Shown one piece after another: positions 9,884-19,877 of a stretch of 64,000 nucleotides of DNA. A model generated the notes under the pieces. It saw only the letters and a program-made list of their open reading frames with translations, was not told the DNA's origin and ran no database searches. The stretch is from Promethearchaeota archaeon (GTDB lineage Archaea; Asgardarchaeota; Thorarchaeia; Thorarchaeales; Thorarchaeaceae): NCBI GenBank assembly GCA_048939765.1, contig JBHLPF010000005.1:1-64000 (forward strand). The letters are read 5' to 3'. A program made the translations under genes and the position numbers. Every line of letters begins with the position of its first letter. Positions within the stretch are counted from its first letter, which is position 1.

Positions 9884-10933
9884 CTACTCAAACATATCCT
9901 GCGATAATAATTCATCCTCTTTGATCTCAACTTTCGCTCTCTTTCCAATTATGTCCTGAAGATACTTGGGTTGAATTCCATGGCCTGGTCGTTTTATATC
10001 AATCATCTCTTCGGTGAGTATTGCACCTTTATCTATATCAATTCGGGCTACCAAGCTCTTTCGCGCAACATCCTTGATGCTCACTTCACTTGGTGCTGGT
10101 TTCTTCAAACCATCACCCAGGGCTCTTTCCACACTTCTAATTGTGTCGACTAATTCCTTGAGCTCATGGGGTTCCATAGATGCCTTGTGATCAGGACCTG
10201 GAAGATTTTTATCAAGCGTGAAGTGCTTCTCCAAGACGCAAGCATTTAGAGCAACCGCAGCAACTGCTGCAGCCACACCAATTGAGTGGTCCGAGAAGCC
10301 TATTGGAAGGCTGAAGGTTTCTCTGAGAGTTTCTATAGCTCTCAGATTCAAATGCTTCATATCAGCAGGGTAGTTTGTAACGCAATGGAGCAGGACCAAT
10401 TTGCTGTTACCTTCTTTGAGGATTACATCTACCGCTTCTCTTACCTCCTCAAGCGTTGCCATGCCTGTAGACAAGATAATGGGCTTATCCTTCCTAGCCA
10501 ATATTTTTAGAAATGGAAGATTGGTTAAATCACCGGAACCAATTTTGAAAGCAGGGACTAGAGGATCAAGGAACTCCATTGCTCCCAAAGTATGAGGAGT
10601 TGATAGAAATGTTATCCCTCGTTTCTCACAATGTTCCTTTAATGTAACAAACGCATCATAGCTAAGTTCCAATCCTTTAATCAATGCAAATTGACTCTCT
10701 AATTCCTTGGAATTCTCAATCTGATAATCAGCCATTTTTGCATGCTTCGTTGTCAATTCCTCAGTCTTGAATGTCTGGAATTTTACTGCATCGGCCCCTG
10801 AATTATATGCCTCATCGATGAGCTGGATGGCCAAATCAATGCGGCCGTTGTGATTTACACCTGCTTCTGCAATAATAAAAACCGGCTGGTTCTTTCCAAC
10901 CTGCTTGTTAGCAATTCGGACTATGTCTGTCAT
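9884..10933 (-). CDS. neuB: Nonulosonic acid synthase (NeuB/LegI) with C-terminal SAF domain
   Basis: IIAEAGVNHNG, AVKFQ, GFSDHS, EKHFTLD, KRPG; start moved to MTDIVRI. Confidence 0.93.
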   Translation of the reverse strand: MTDIVRIANKQVGKNQPVFIIAEAGVNHNGRIDLAIQLIDEAYNSGADAVKFQTFKTEELTTKHAKMADYQIENSKELESQFALIKGLELSYDAFVTLKEHCEKRGITFLSTPHTLGAMEFLDPLVPAFKIGSGDLTNLPFLKILARKDKPIILSTGMATLEEVREAVDVILKEGNSKLVLLHCVTNYPADMKHLNLRAIETLRETFSLPIGFSDHSIGVAAAVAAVALNACVLEKHFTLDKNLPGPDHKASMEPHELKELVDTIRSVERALGDGLKKPAPSEVSIKDVARKSLVARIDIDKGAILTEEMIDIKRPGHGIQPKYLQDIIGKRAKVEIKEDELLSQDMFE

Positions 10934-10955
10934 ACAAATCAGTTCCGTTGTTTCT

Positions 10956-11669
10956 TCATTTAAAATCAAATTCAAAGAAGCCTGATGTCAGCAAAAACTC
11001 TGCAAAGCAAAAATCAAGTTCAGTATCGATGTCGACAGACGAAATTTCGTTCATCACATAAACCCGTGCTTTATCACAATGCAGGCTCTTGGTCTTCAGC
11101 AGATGGTTTCTATCATAGATGTAAATGGATCCATTGATAGAATAAACACTTGGAGCGTCTTGCCTTCTAAAATACTCACTATCGAGTGTCTTTGATAAAT
11201 GCGCGTTTCCCTCATCATCAAGCTCAACCATATCGAAATAGGGATTTCTCTCAGCTTTCACAACAGTGTAGAGAACTTTTGCATTGGTAGCTAGGAATTC
11301 ATCAAGAGATTTCTCAATATCATTTGAGGTTCTGAATGGGGAAGTGGGTTGTAGATCAACGACAACATCATATCTTGTCTTGTATTCCTTTTCGCAGAAT
11401 CTCAATGCATGCTGGAGAACTGGTATCTTTGGTGCCGTGTCAATTGCCAATTCAGCAGGCCGTGTGAATGGCGTTTCAGCTCCATATTTATTCGCAATCT
11501 TAGCAATTCTTGGTGAATCAGTAGAAACCACGATTCTATCAGCTTTCCCCCACTTCTTCATAGCATTAATTGTATAGGATAGGAGGGGCTGCCCAGCGAG
11601 ATTTCTGATGTTCTTATCCTTAACACCCTTTGATCCGGCTCTTGCGCAAATGGTACCCAAGATTCTCAT
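10956..11669 (-). CDS. neuA: Acylneuraminate cytidylyltransferase (NeuA/LegF)
   Basis: ARAGSKGVKDKN, VSTDS, LQPTSPFR, RRQD, DIDTELD. Confidence 0.92.
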   Translation of the reverse strand: MRILGTICARAGSKGVKDKNIRNLAGQPLLSYTINAMKKWGKADRIVVSTDSPRIAKIANKYGAETPFTRPAELAIDTAPKIPVLQHALRFCEKEYKTRYDVVVDLQPTSPFRTSNDIEKSLDEFLATNAKVLYTVVKAERNPYFDMVELDDEGNAHLSKTLDSEYFRRQDAPSVYSINGSIYIYDRNHLLKTKSLHCDKARVYVMNEISSVDIDTELDFCFAEFLLTSGFFEFDFK

Positions 11670-11731
11670 ATTGCAATACCCTCCTTACTTAATGACTAAG
11701 GGTGCAATGGTAGTATCAGGTTACTCATTAT

Positions 11732-12823
11732 CTAGTTTGCACCTAAGAGCTTTCGTATCCAAAGGTCAGTCTTATAGTCATCGTGTCGCTTCACTGGAAG
11801 ACTCATTATTCTCTCAAAATCCTCTTCAGACCAGCCAAATTTCTTTCGAACATACTCGGTATCACGTTTCAACTCTTGCTCATCATATAGAGGTTTTTCC
11901 AACTCTTTCAATGCATAAGCCCGATCAATTTGGCCAGAGCATATCATGGTGGAGAGGTGAGCTTTCCGTTTATCGATATTGAATTTTGTTGGAAGAATGA
12001 AGGATTGATAGAATTTTGTGAAAATGGACTCGTGATGTTTTCCGCCGTAATCTTCCCATCCAAGTTTCTCTTTAAGAAACCTCTTAGCTTCTTCGCGGTT
12101 ATAGTCAATGTAATTCAGAAATGGCAGAGTTCGTATGCCTTTGATCTTCCTCAGATATACTAGACCAAGGAAACCAAGCATTGGATAGGTCTTCAGTTTT
12201 CTCTTTCCAAACTTGCTATGGATATCCTTCAGATTTGTGAGGTCATTCTTCGTCCAGACCCAGCTTCTAGGCATGATGCCTTCGGTCGCATAGTTAGTGC
12301 CACCTAGAATGTACTTCATTCCTTTCTTTGCTGTAATATTTCGTATCAAGGCCGCGATTGCATGATCTGAAGCAACTTCAATATCAATGACTGATGATTC
12401 AAAGTAGGCTTGCTGCAAATCCTTAAACTCTTCCCAATCAATAACATGGGTATAGAGGTCAACACCCAATTTGTTCAATACACGTTCTATATTCGTTACA
12501 GCTAACCTGGAGTCCCATCCATTATCCAGATGAACTGCTAGGGGTCTCAAACCATATTCAGTGGCTTTATAGACCATGTAAGAACTATCAGCTCCACCAG
12601 AGATGCCCGCGACACAATCGTACGGCTTGCCCTTCCCATGCTCCTTTATCTCAGCAACCATATGCTCTAGCTTTCTCATCCTGTCTTCTTCGGGTAGTAT
12701 GAACTGGTCCATTTGAGCTAGATACCGAGTGCAATGGTTGCATACTCCATTCTCATCGAATGTTATCAGGGGATCCGTTGTATCCATCACACATCGAGTA
12801 CACATTTGGTAGTCCCTGGCCAT
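11732..12823 (-). CDS. N-acetyl sugar amidotransferase (WbuX/PseA/PtmG family)
   Basis: CTRCVMD..CNHC, PP-loop SGGADS, HLDNGW, KHHES. Confidence 0.9.
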   Translation of the reverse strand: MARDYQMCTRCVMDTTDPLITFDENGVCNHCTRYLAQMDQFILPEEDRMRKLEHMVAEIKEHGKGKPYDCVAGISGGADSSYMVYKATEYGLRPLAVHLDNGWDSRLAVTNIERVLNKLGVDLYTHVIDWEEFKDLQQAYFESSVIDIEVASDHAIAALIRNITAKKGMKYILGGTNYATEGIMPRSWVWTKNDLTNLKDIHSKFGKRKLKTYPMLGFLGLVYLRKIKGIRTLPFLNYIDYNREEAKRFLKEKLGWEDYGGKHHESIFTKFYQSFILPTKFNIDKRKAHLSTMICSGQIDRAYALKELEKPLYDEQELKRDTEYVRKKFGWSEEDFERIMSLPVKRHDDYKTDLWIRKLLGAN

Positions 12824-12838
12824 TGCAATTGCCTCGCA

Positions 12839-13597
12839 TTAGGGAAGATACTGCTTCAATTCTTCCTGAGTCGGATAATTAATGAGAACTGCTCTGTGAG
12901 GTCCATGAAAGACAAACATGCTTCCCGCGGAAACTGCAGAAGCACCACCTTTTAATATTGCTTCTCGGAGGTGCTCAAGTTTCCAGGCACCACCACATGC
13001 TACAACAGGAATGTTCACTGCAGAAGTGACAGATTTCAGTAGTTCAATATCATAGCCTTCCATGGTGCCATCTCTATCAATTGAATTAAGGAATATTTCC
13101 CCTGCACCTGCAGCCTCAACACTCGTAGCGAATTCAACTGGGTTCATTTTGGTATTGACTGTGCCTGAGTGAGTGAAGACTTGATATTTCCCTCTTCTGA
13201 CCCGCGATACATCTATTGATACAACAACGCTTTGGCTCCCAAAAACATCGGCTGCTTCTCGCAAAAAGCCCAAGTCAGTGGCGGCAGAGTTGAAGATTAC
13301 TTTCTCAGATCCCAACTTCAAGATTCTGGCCGCCGTTTCGATATCATGAATGCCTCCTCCATAGCCGAAGGGCATGAAACATTCGGTAGCAATATCCCTT
13401 ATCATTTCATATTTAGGCGACCGTTTTTCCAATGTCGCGCTTATATCAAGAAAAACTAACTCGTCCACTTCTTTGTCATTGAAAATTCGAACTGCATTGA
13501 TTGGGTCCCCAACATATGTGGGATTTTTGAATTTGATAGTCTTCACCAAACCTTGTCCACGGAGAAGCAGACAAGGAATCACTCTTGTTCTTAGCAT
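12839..13597 (-). CDS. HisF-like cyclase paralog (WbuZ/AglZ, glycan acetamidino modification)
   Basis: RVIPCLLL, GDPINAVRIFN, SIDRDGT, C-terminal AVLINYP typical of HisF2. Confidence 0.88.
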   Translation of the reverse strand: MLRTRVIPCLLLRGQGLVKTIKFKNPTYVGDPINAVRIFNDKEVDELVFLDISATLEKRSPKYEMIRDIATECFMPFGYGGGIHDIETAARILKLGSEKVIFNSAATDLGFLREAADVFGSQSVVVSIDVSRVRRGKYQVFTHSGTVNTKMNPVEFATSVEAAGAGEIFLNSIDRDGTMEGYDIELLKSVTSAVNIPVVACGGAWKLEHLREAILKGGASAVSAGSMFVFHGPHRAVLINYPTQEELKQYLP

Positions 13598-14211
13598 CAG
13601 CACAACTCCGCGAAATTCTCCAATACCTTCATTCCGAATTTGTGACTCTTTTCTGGATGAAATTGAACTCCTTTAATATTCTCACGGACAATTGAGGATG
13701 TGAATTTGATTCCATAATTGGTTGTTGCAAGAATATTCTCTTCACTGTGACATTTCACATAATACGAATGTACAAAATAGAAGCGTGGCTCTTCATACAT
13801 TCCCTCAAAAAGGCATGATTCCTGCTTGATTTCTATTGTATTCCATCCCATATGTGGGATTCTCAGGTTTAAGTCAATATCAAATCTAAAGCGGGGTGTG
13901 TCTGCTTCTATCCAGTTGAGGCCCTCAAGCACTCCCTCTTCACTCTTGCTAGACATCAACTGCATACCTAGACAAATCCCTAGAATGGGAACCTTATCCT
14001 TCAGAACCAACTCATTTAGAATCGGAATTAGTCCTTGATTCTTCAGATTGGTCATTGCCATATCAAATGCACCAACGCCCGGTAGGATGAGCTTCTCGGC
14101 ATTTCGAATCGTATCAAGGTCTGATGTAATCTCAGCTTTGTAATTCATCCGTACTAGCATATTCTTGATAGAACCAAGGTTTCCCATTCCAAAGTCGATT
14201 ATCGTTATCAT
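13597..14211 (-). CDS. HisH-like glutamine amidotransferase (WbuY)
   Basis: LPGVGAF, GICLGMQ, QFHPEKS; overlaps the hisF-like start. Confidence 0.9.
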   Translation of the reverse strand: MITIIDFGMGNLGSIKNMLVRMNYKAEITSDLDTIRNAEKLILPGVGAFDMAMTNLKNQGLIPILNELVLKDKVPILGICLGMQLMSSKSEEGVLEGLNWIEADTPRFRFDIDLNLRIPHMGWNTIEIKQESCLFEGMYEEPRFYFVHSYYVKCHSEENILATTNYGIKFTSSIVRENIKGVQFHPEKSHKFGMKVLENFAELC

Positions 14212-14340
14212 TAGAAAGGCCACTTCTCTAGATTTCCCTACAAGTGATTCTTAATTTCTTGGTTAGCACTTTGCTAATAAACAGATTCACTGAACGAAGA
14301 AATCAAAATCATATCGAGACTCTAAACTAACTTATACAGT

Positions 14341-15138
14341 GTGACCCCAATTCTTGTGAGTGACCTGAACATGCAACCGAGAATGATAGACACCCACTGT
14401 CATCTTGAGCAAGATGAATTTAGATCTGATTTGAAAGAAGTTGTCGAGAATGCGAAACAAAAGGGGATCTTCTGCATTCTGTCAGCAATTGCACCAAATG
14501 ATTGGCAGAGAGGCATAGAAATCGCATCAAAATATGACAGTGTCTTTGCCAGCCTCGGCCTTGATCCGATGAGTTCAGAATATATGCATCAACTGCTATC
14601 AGCTGTTGAAGAGAACCAAAACTATCTCGTGGCAATCGGTGAGATAGGATTGGATTTCTATCGAGAGCGGGATCATGCTGAACGGGGAATCCAAGAGGCC
14701 AATTTCCGCAAAGGCATAAAACTATCGAATAAATTGAAAATGCCGCTACAGATACACTCCCGTTCAGCCGGAATGAGAGCCCTTGAAATATTATCAGAGA
14801 TGGATGCCTACGCTGTTCATATGCATGCTTTTGATGGCAAGGCAAGTCTTGCCAGGAAGGCATCCAACGATTTGGGCTATTATTTCTCAATTCCCTCATC
14901 AGTTGTCAGGTCCCCTCAAAAGCAGAAGTTGGTAAAGGCAGTGAATATCGAACGGCTTCTTATTGAAACTGATAGTCCGGTTCTTGGGCCTGAAAGAGGC
15001 ACCAGAAATACCCCCAGTAATTTGCCTGTCGCGCTTTTAGAGGTTTCAAGGATTTTGAGAATGGATGAAGAAGAGCTTCGAAGTATTATCTTAGAGAATA
15101 CTCTTCGTCTCTACACCCGAATTGACGTATCAAGTTAG
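14341..15138 (+). CDS. tatD: TatD family DNase
   Basis: DTHCH, IGEIGLD, HSR, ETDSP. Confidence 0.92.
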   Translation: MTPILVSDLNMQPRMIDTHCHLEQDEFRSDLKEVVENAKQKGIFCILSAIAPNDWQRGIEIASKYDSVFASLGLDPMSSEYMHQLLSAVEENQNYLVAIGEIGLDFYRERDHAERGIQEANFRKGIKLSNKLKMPLQIHSRSAGMRALEILSEMDAYAVHMHAFDGKASLARKASNDLGYYFSIPSSVVRSPQKQKLVKAVNIERLLIETDSPVLGPERGTRNTPSNLPVALLEVSRILRMDEEELRSIILENTLRLYTRIDVSS

Positions 15139-16703
15139 ATGAGCCCAGCTTTCTGAGCGAATTTCCTGTAGCCTTTCATCAGTAGCTTTACTATATTGCG
15201 TCTGAGGTTGAATCTGATCCACTCTTCATCAGTTGGTTCTTTGAAAAACCTACCAAAATTGGCCGCATACTCATCTTCTGATTGGTATGTGATCAGCTGC
15301 TTTACTGCGCCAGGTGAGAATGATAGCTCAACATCAGGGTTCTCTCCTCTTACAGGATATACCTGTATCTCGGACTTCCCAGTAACCTCTACATGAAACC
15401 GACTTCCTTCTATCCCGTAGTCAATCACCGCGCCTGCTTTTAGTCCCTCAAAGATCTTTGGATGGTCTGATAGATAGGACATGAAATGGCTCTTGAGCGG
15501 ATGGTCTTCCATAGATAGCATACGATCACCTGTTTCAGCATTTAGTAGAAATGTAGTGAGCTCAAGAATCTCCAGTTTACTGTCAATCGATCTTGCACCA
15601 TCTCTAAGGCCTCTGAAGCAAAATGGACATGCTGTAATGAGAATGTCAGAACTGGTGTCCTCAGCTTCTCTTACGCGGTCAGCAGCAATTCTTTCAGCCA
15701 ACTCTCCGTGGGAGCTCTTCACTCCGCCACCCGCCCCACAGCAATGCGCGTATCTTCTGTTCGTGACCATCTCAACAAGTTCTACATTACCGACCGATTC
15801 AATGACTCGGCGAGGAGCTTCATAGACCTCTGAATGCCGACCCAGATGACAAGGATCGTGATAGGTCACTCGGATCTTGTCTGCAAATCCAAAGGATACC
15901 TTTCCTTCTCTCACGAGTTGGTCTAGGAATTCTGTTATGTGAAGTACTCGAAAATCGTACTCATGACCCGATTGAGGAATGTCTATTTTCCAAGTCCGGA
16001 AGCAACCTGCACAAGCAGTTACAACTACCTTTGCACCAGTGTTCTTTACAGCTTCTATATTGTGCCTAGTTAGACCTTCAAATGCATCCTTTCTCCCCAG
16101 TCTTAGAAGGACTGAGCCACAGCACCGTTCATCTTGAAGTATTGTATAGTCGATGTTCATCTTGTCAAGTAGCTGCACAGTTGATAGTGCAATCTCCTTC
16201 TCACGTACCGAGCTCGTACAACCTACAAAGAAGACTACCTCTGCGGTCTCCTGAAACTGGCGCTCTCCAAAAACCAGATGGCGCATTTCATGGTCCTCTT
16301 TGTATGGATTGTAATGGCTCATGATTGAGTTTTCAATATCGATGTGCTTCTCGAATCCGTACCCTGCTTCAACAAGGTCATTTCGTAATGCTTCACTCAT
16401 CTCAGGGAGTCTTATCCCCTCTGCAGTCGCTGTGCAGGTTTCCTGGCAGTTTCTGCAAGTCGTGCACGAGTAAGCCCAGCTTACTAAATCCTCATCCACC
16501 TCAAGCTTCCCAGCTAGAAGGTCATTCATAATCATAATTCGGCCTCTTGATGTGTAGGCTTCAAATCCAAGGACATTTTTCACCGCGCAAGGATGAAACA
16601 CATCTCGACCTGACGCAACAGTCTTGTCAGCAAGAGAACAATCGCCGCATCTTGCACACAAGAACAGGTCCTCTGCGTACTTCTCCAGATTCCTGTACTC
16701 CAT
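15135..16703 (-). CDS. Fe-S oxidoreductase (GlpC/HdrD type, 2x[4Fe-4S] + 2 CCG domains) with C-terminal SCP2-like extension
   Basis: CARCGDC, CTTCRNCQETC, CCG, YHDPCHLGR, CCGAGGG, TACPFC; ~125-aa extra C-terminal domain. Confidence 0.85.
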   Translation of the reverse strand: MEYRNLEKYAEDLFLCARCGDCSLADKTVASGRDVFHPCAVKNVLGFEAYTSRGRIMIMNDLLAGKLEVDEDLVSWAYSCTTCRNCQETCTATAEGIRLPEMSEALRNDLVEAGYGFEKHIDIENSIMSHYNPYKEDHEMRHLVFGERQFQETAEVVFFVGCTSSVREKEIALSTVQLLDKMNIDYTILQDERCCGSVLLRLGRKDAFEGLTRHNIEAVKNTGAKVVVTACAGCFRTWKIDIPQSGHEYDFRVLHITEFLDQLVREGKVSFGFADKIRVTYHDPCHLGRHSEVYEAPRRVIESVGNVELVEMVTNRRYAHCCGAGGGVKSSHGELAERIAADRVREAEDTSSDILITACPFCFRGLRDGARSIDSKLEILELTTFLLNAETGDRMLSMEDHPLKSHFMSYLSDHPKIFEGLKAGAVIDYGIEGSRFHVEVTGKSEIQVYPVRGENPDVELSFSPGAVKQLITYQSEDEYAANFGRFFKEPTDEEWIRFNLRRNIVKLLMKGYRKFAQKAGLI

Positions 16704-16706
16704 CTA

Positions 16707-18134
16707 TTAGTCCCCTCCTGTGAACACGGCTGGAGCCAGAATGTTCTCTGGGTCTAGGGCCTTCTTTATCTTCCAATAGGTGTCAAGGAATGCCTTATCG
16801 GTTCTTTTGTGTGCTCTACTCTCCCATAGAATGCCTTGCCAATAGGGACAGCCGCCAGTATCGATGATTGTATCCAGCATCTCGTTCCAAATCTTTGTCG
16901 CTAGTTCCATCTTCTCTCTGTTAGGTGGAAAGAGAGTGATCCATCCAGTGGCATATGCTCTATCAGCCCCCAGGCAGCTGGCAATCCATTTGATTCCATT
17001 CTTCAGCATCTTGTGTTTGTCAAAGATAGCCCAGAGTTTCTTCATGAGATCCGGTATTGTGGTAATCGGTCGCAGGTGACAAGTGTTCAACCAGAATCCA
17101 TTGTTATAGAGTGGTTGAACCAGGTTGAATAACTCTGTCCAGTGCATCTGTGATGCGAAGTTACCCAGATCCTTTCCTCCGTTCTCAAGTGCTATCTCCC
17201 TCACTATCTCCATCTTACGCTGAGCCAATTGTTCATCCGTTTCTTGGACTATGGACGCAAACATAGCATGGATTTCAGGGTGGCTGTCCAGGAATCCTGG
17301 AAAGAATGTATCAGTAGACTGCCTATCTGCAAGGAGGTTGAGTTCCTCGGTCAGACCTCGCTTCTGAACCTCCAGGAAGGTTGCAGTAGCCTCCTCGAGA
17401 GTCTTGAAACCAAAATCCCCGTAAGTGATGTACTCCGCTTTCGGGTAGATCTTGAGGGTGACCTTAGTCTTTATGCCTAATGTACCATGATCTCCAAGGA
17501 ATATCCCAGTAAGATCGTTATATGTTGAGTATCTGCAAAAGAGTTCTGCTCCTTCATTCCATCCAGTGCCTGTCCTTATGACTTCACCATTAGCCAATAC
17601 AACTTCGAGAGAAACCACTCCCTCGGTTGATGGACCGTACTTCGATGCTGCATATCCGATACTATTGATGCTAGTCGAGCCACCAACAGTCCCCACATTT
17701 CCTCCATAGGGACCACGAAAGCCTAGCTTGTAGCCCTTCTCATCAAGGCGATGAATCAGTTCGGCCCATCTTTGTCCTGCTTCGACAGTCACGGTCATGA
17801 CATCCTCATTAATCTCTACGATCTTGTCCATTTTGACCATGTCTAACATCACTGCACTAGGAACTCGTGGGAGGCATGCACCACAGATACCGCTCCTTCC
17901 CCCAGCTGGGATAAGTGGCGTTCTAGACTCCCTGCATAGATTGACAATGGCCTGAATCTCCTCAACAGTTTCAGGCATCACTACTATTCCCGGTCTTTCA
18001 GCTGTGATGTGGCATGCATCCATACTATATGATGAGATAATGAGCTGGTTGTCGTTTACTCGGTCCTCACTGACAATATTCCTAATCCCTTCATAGAGAG
18101 GATGCTTACCTGCAGACTCAACGATTGTCATCAC
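16707..18134 (-). CDS. FAD-binding oxidoreductase (GlcD/D-LDH/ADHAPS superfamily)
   Basis: VVMPETVEEI, PAGGRSG, GDHGTLGI, KKALDPENILAP. Confidence 0.88.
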   Translation of the reverse strand: MMTIVESAGKHPLYEGIRNIVSEDRVNDNQLIISSYSMDACHITAERPGIVVMPETVEEIQAIVNLCRESRTPLIPAGGRSGICGACLPRVPSAVMLDMVKMDKIVEINEDVMTVTVEAGQRWAELIHRLDEKGYKLGFRGPYGGNVGTVGGSTSINSIGYAASKYGPSTEGVVSLEVVLANGEVIRTGTGWNEGAELFCRYSTYNDLTGIFLGDHGTLGIKTKVTLKIYPKAEYITYGDFGFKTLEEATATFLEVQKRGLTEELNLLADRQSTDTFFPGFLDSHPEIHAMFASIVQETDEQLAQRKMEIVREIALENGGKDLGNFASQMHWTELFNLVQPLYNNGFWLNTCHLRPITTIPDLMKKLWAIFDKHKMLKNGIKWIASCLGADRAYATGWITLFPPNREKMELATKIWNEMLDTIIDTGGCPYWQGILWESRAHKRTDKAFLDTYWKIKKALDPENILAPAVFTGGD

Positions 18135-18231
18135 TGAACCTCGCAGCAGGACGGTGGAAATCTACTATATGTAGTCAACGGAAGATTTCCGAGAACTGAA
18201 ACTCTAGAGACTCTATTTGGTGGTTTCTTTA

Positions 18232-18614
18232 CGAAAAGCTATCTTTGGTGATTACCAGAGATGATTCTCTCTCAAACTGAAGGAATATCACGATCTCAAG
18301 AAGCTCGACTTTCTTCACAGGTTGCAGGCCAAATTGACCACATTCCAAGAGCAATTGGTGAAGTTCTGAAATCAGTTTTCCAAGATGATTATATGATTAT
18401 TGACCAAGAAGATGTAGCTAGATGCCCTAGAAGTGCTCTTGATCTAATCTTCCGCCCGGGAAATGTTGACACACTATCCGAACAGGAGCCTTGTCCAAAC
18501 AGCTTCGAAAACCGAAATGTGGTGAAACTAGATGATATTGAACGGACCAAACCAAAACAGGCTATCGAAGAGTTCTTCGGAGATCGAACCAGTGCTGACA
18601 TAATTCTAGGCTAA
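18232..18614 (+). pseudogene. Degraded copy of the sulfotransferase at 1..486
   Basis: RKAIFGDYQR*FSLK (TGA at 18262 where the paralog has W), then a frameshift into QVAGQ...IIDQED...FENRN.VKLDD...AIEE.F. Confidence 0.85.
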
Positions 18615-18676
18615 ATGTGAGAATAATAGTATGAAATGACTTGAACTCAAACTAGCCCCAGTCAATCATATTGCTC

Positions 18677-19816
18677 TTACTCTCCATCCTGAGTACTGAA
18701 TATTGCAGCTCTGAGAGCATCAGTATACTTGTCCAGAACTACTTCTTCTTTCGCCCATCTCTGGAGTCGCTTTCGTATGGAAACAATCTCCTCAGGGGAC
18801 ATCTTCTGAAGTGATTTCATGACTTGCTTCAAATCTTCATCTCCTCCAAAGATGAAACGACCCCAATTGGGAAGTAGACCCAGCATGGTTTCAAAATCAT
18901 CAGTGAGCAGTATGATCAGCCCTGAGTGCGAGTAGGAAACAAGCTTGTTGGATAGGACGTATCTATGAAACCAACAACGCGTCCAGGGAATCAATCCTAG
19001 TTGGTAGTTTCTGGTTAGCACCTCATAGAGGTCAGCTGGGGGAATACGGTTTCTATGTTGAATCCACTTCCACTCTTTCGGCGGCGGTCTGCCAACCCAA
19101 TCGACATTGATACCACCTTCTTTCTCCCACATCTCCATATGATTACCAGGATATCGATGTTCTACCCATGCAATAGAATCCGAAGACAAAGAGATTGCTT
19201 TTAGGTTGCCTTGATGAAGTTCTGGAGTAGGTATGTGCTCAGACTCTTGTTTCAATGGAAAGTTGGGGATGACCGAGCAATTTGCCCCGTTTCTACGATG
19301 TTCTTTTGCAATTGCCTCGCTAACAGTAACAGTGGCACTGGCTGCTGGTAGTACTTCCTTCTCCCAAATCAAGTACCTTTGAGGCACCCAATATCGACGA
19401 ATTCTGTTCTTCATCCTCTTGGGGATAGAGCTCACACCTATGCGTTTCAATTTCATCTCTCGAGACCAATATTCATGATCGTCGTAGACAAAAGGCAAGC
19501 CTAGGTCTCTGGCAACTTTGCCAGTGATGATATTGTGAGCATAGATTAGGTCTGGTTCTACAACTTTGACGTGTTCCTTAACTTCATCAAGCAGCCGCTT
19601 ATAGAAAAAAGGCAGCCCAAGCTTGCTTGCAGTCGTAAATGCATCAATGCACCTCACTTCACTGAATGCTTCCTGATGCAATCGATGACTACTACTCGGA
19701 GGGCCAAGGAAAATTGACTTGGCATATGACTGTGACATCATAGCTAGACGTTCAACTCTTGGGTCTGGAAGCCCTGAATGAGAGAGGTGAAGGACATTTA
19801 ACGTCACAGTGATCAC
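18677..19816 (-). CDS. GT4-like glycosyltransferase
   Basis: DPRV, YAHN, VYDDHEYW, TVSEAIA, VIPNFP, SNKL. Confidence 0.8.
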   Translation of the reverse strand: MITVTLNVLHLSHSGLPDPRVERLAMMSQSYAKSIFLGPPSSSHRLHQEAFSEVRCIDAFTTASKLGLPFFYKRLLDEVKEHVKVVEPDLIYAHNIITGKVARDLGLPFVYDDHEYWSREMKLKRIGVSSIPKRMKNRIRRYWVPQRYLIWEKEVLPAASATVTVSEAIAKEHRRNGANCSVIPNFPLKQESEHIPTPELHQGNLKAISLSSDSIAWVEHRYPGNHMEMWEKEGGINVDWVGRPPPKEWKWIQHRNRIPPADLYEVLTRNYQLGLIPWTRCWFHRYVLSNKLVSYSHSGLIILLTDDFETMLGLLPNWGRFIFGGDEDLKQVMKSLQKMSPEEIVSIRKRLQRWAKEEVVLDKYTDALRAAIFSTQDGE

Positions 19817-19877
19817 ACCTGAGTAAGCTTGATAGCTCTGGCAATTTGCAGGCTCTTTTAATCCTTCCAGTTGCTCA

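Noticed and set aside
12839-14211. hisF/hisH as histidine biosynthesis genes
   Set aside because: They are coupled to an N-acetyl sugar amidotransferase within a neu/leg cluster, the pattern of glycan-modifying paralogs.
18262-18264. In-frame TGA as selenocysteine or recoding
   Set aside because: It aligns to Trp in the paralog and is accompanied by a frameshift and 5' truncation, which indicates pseudogene decay.
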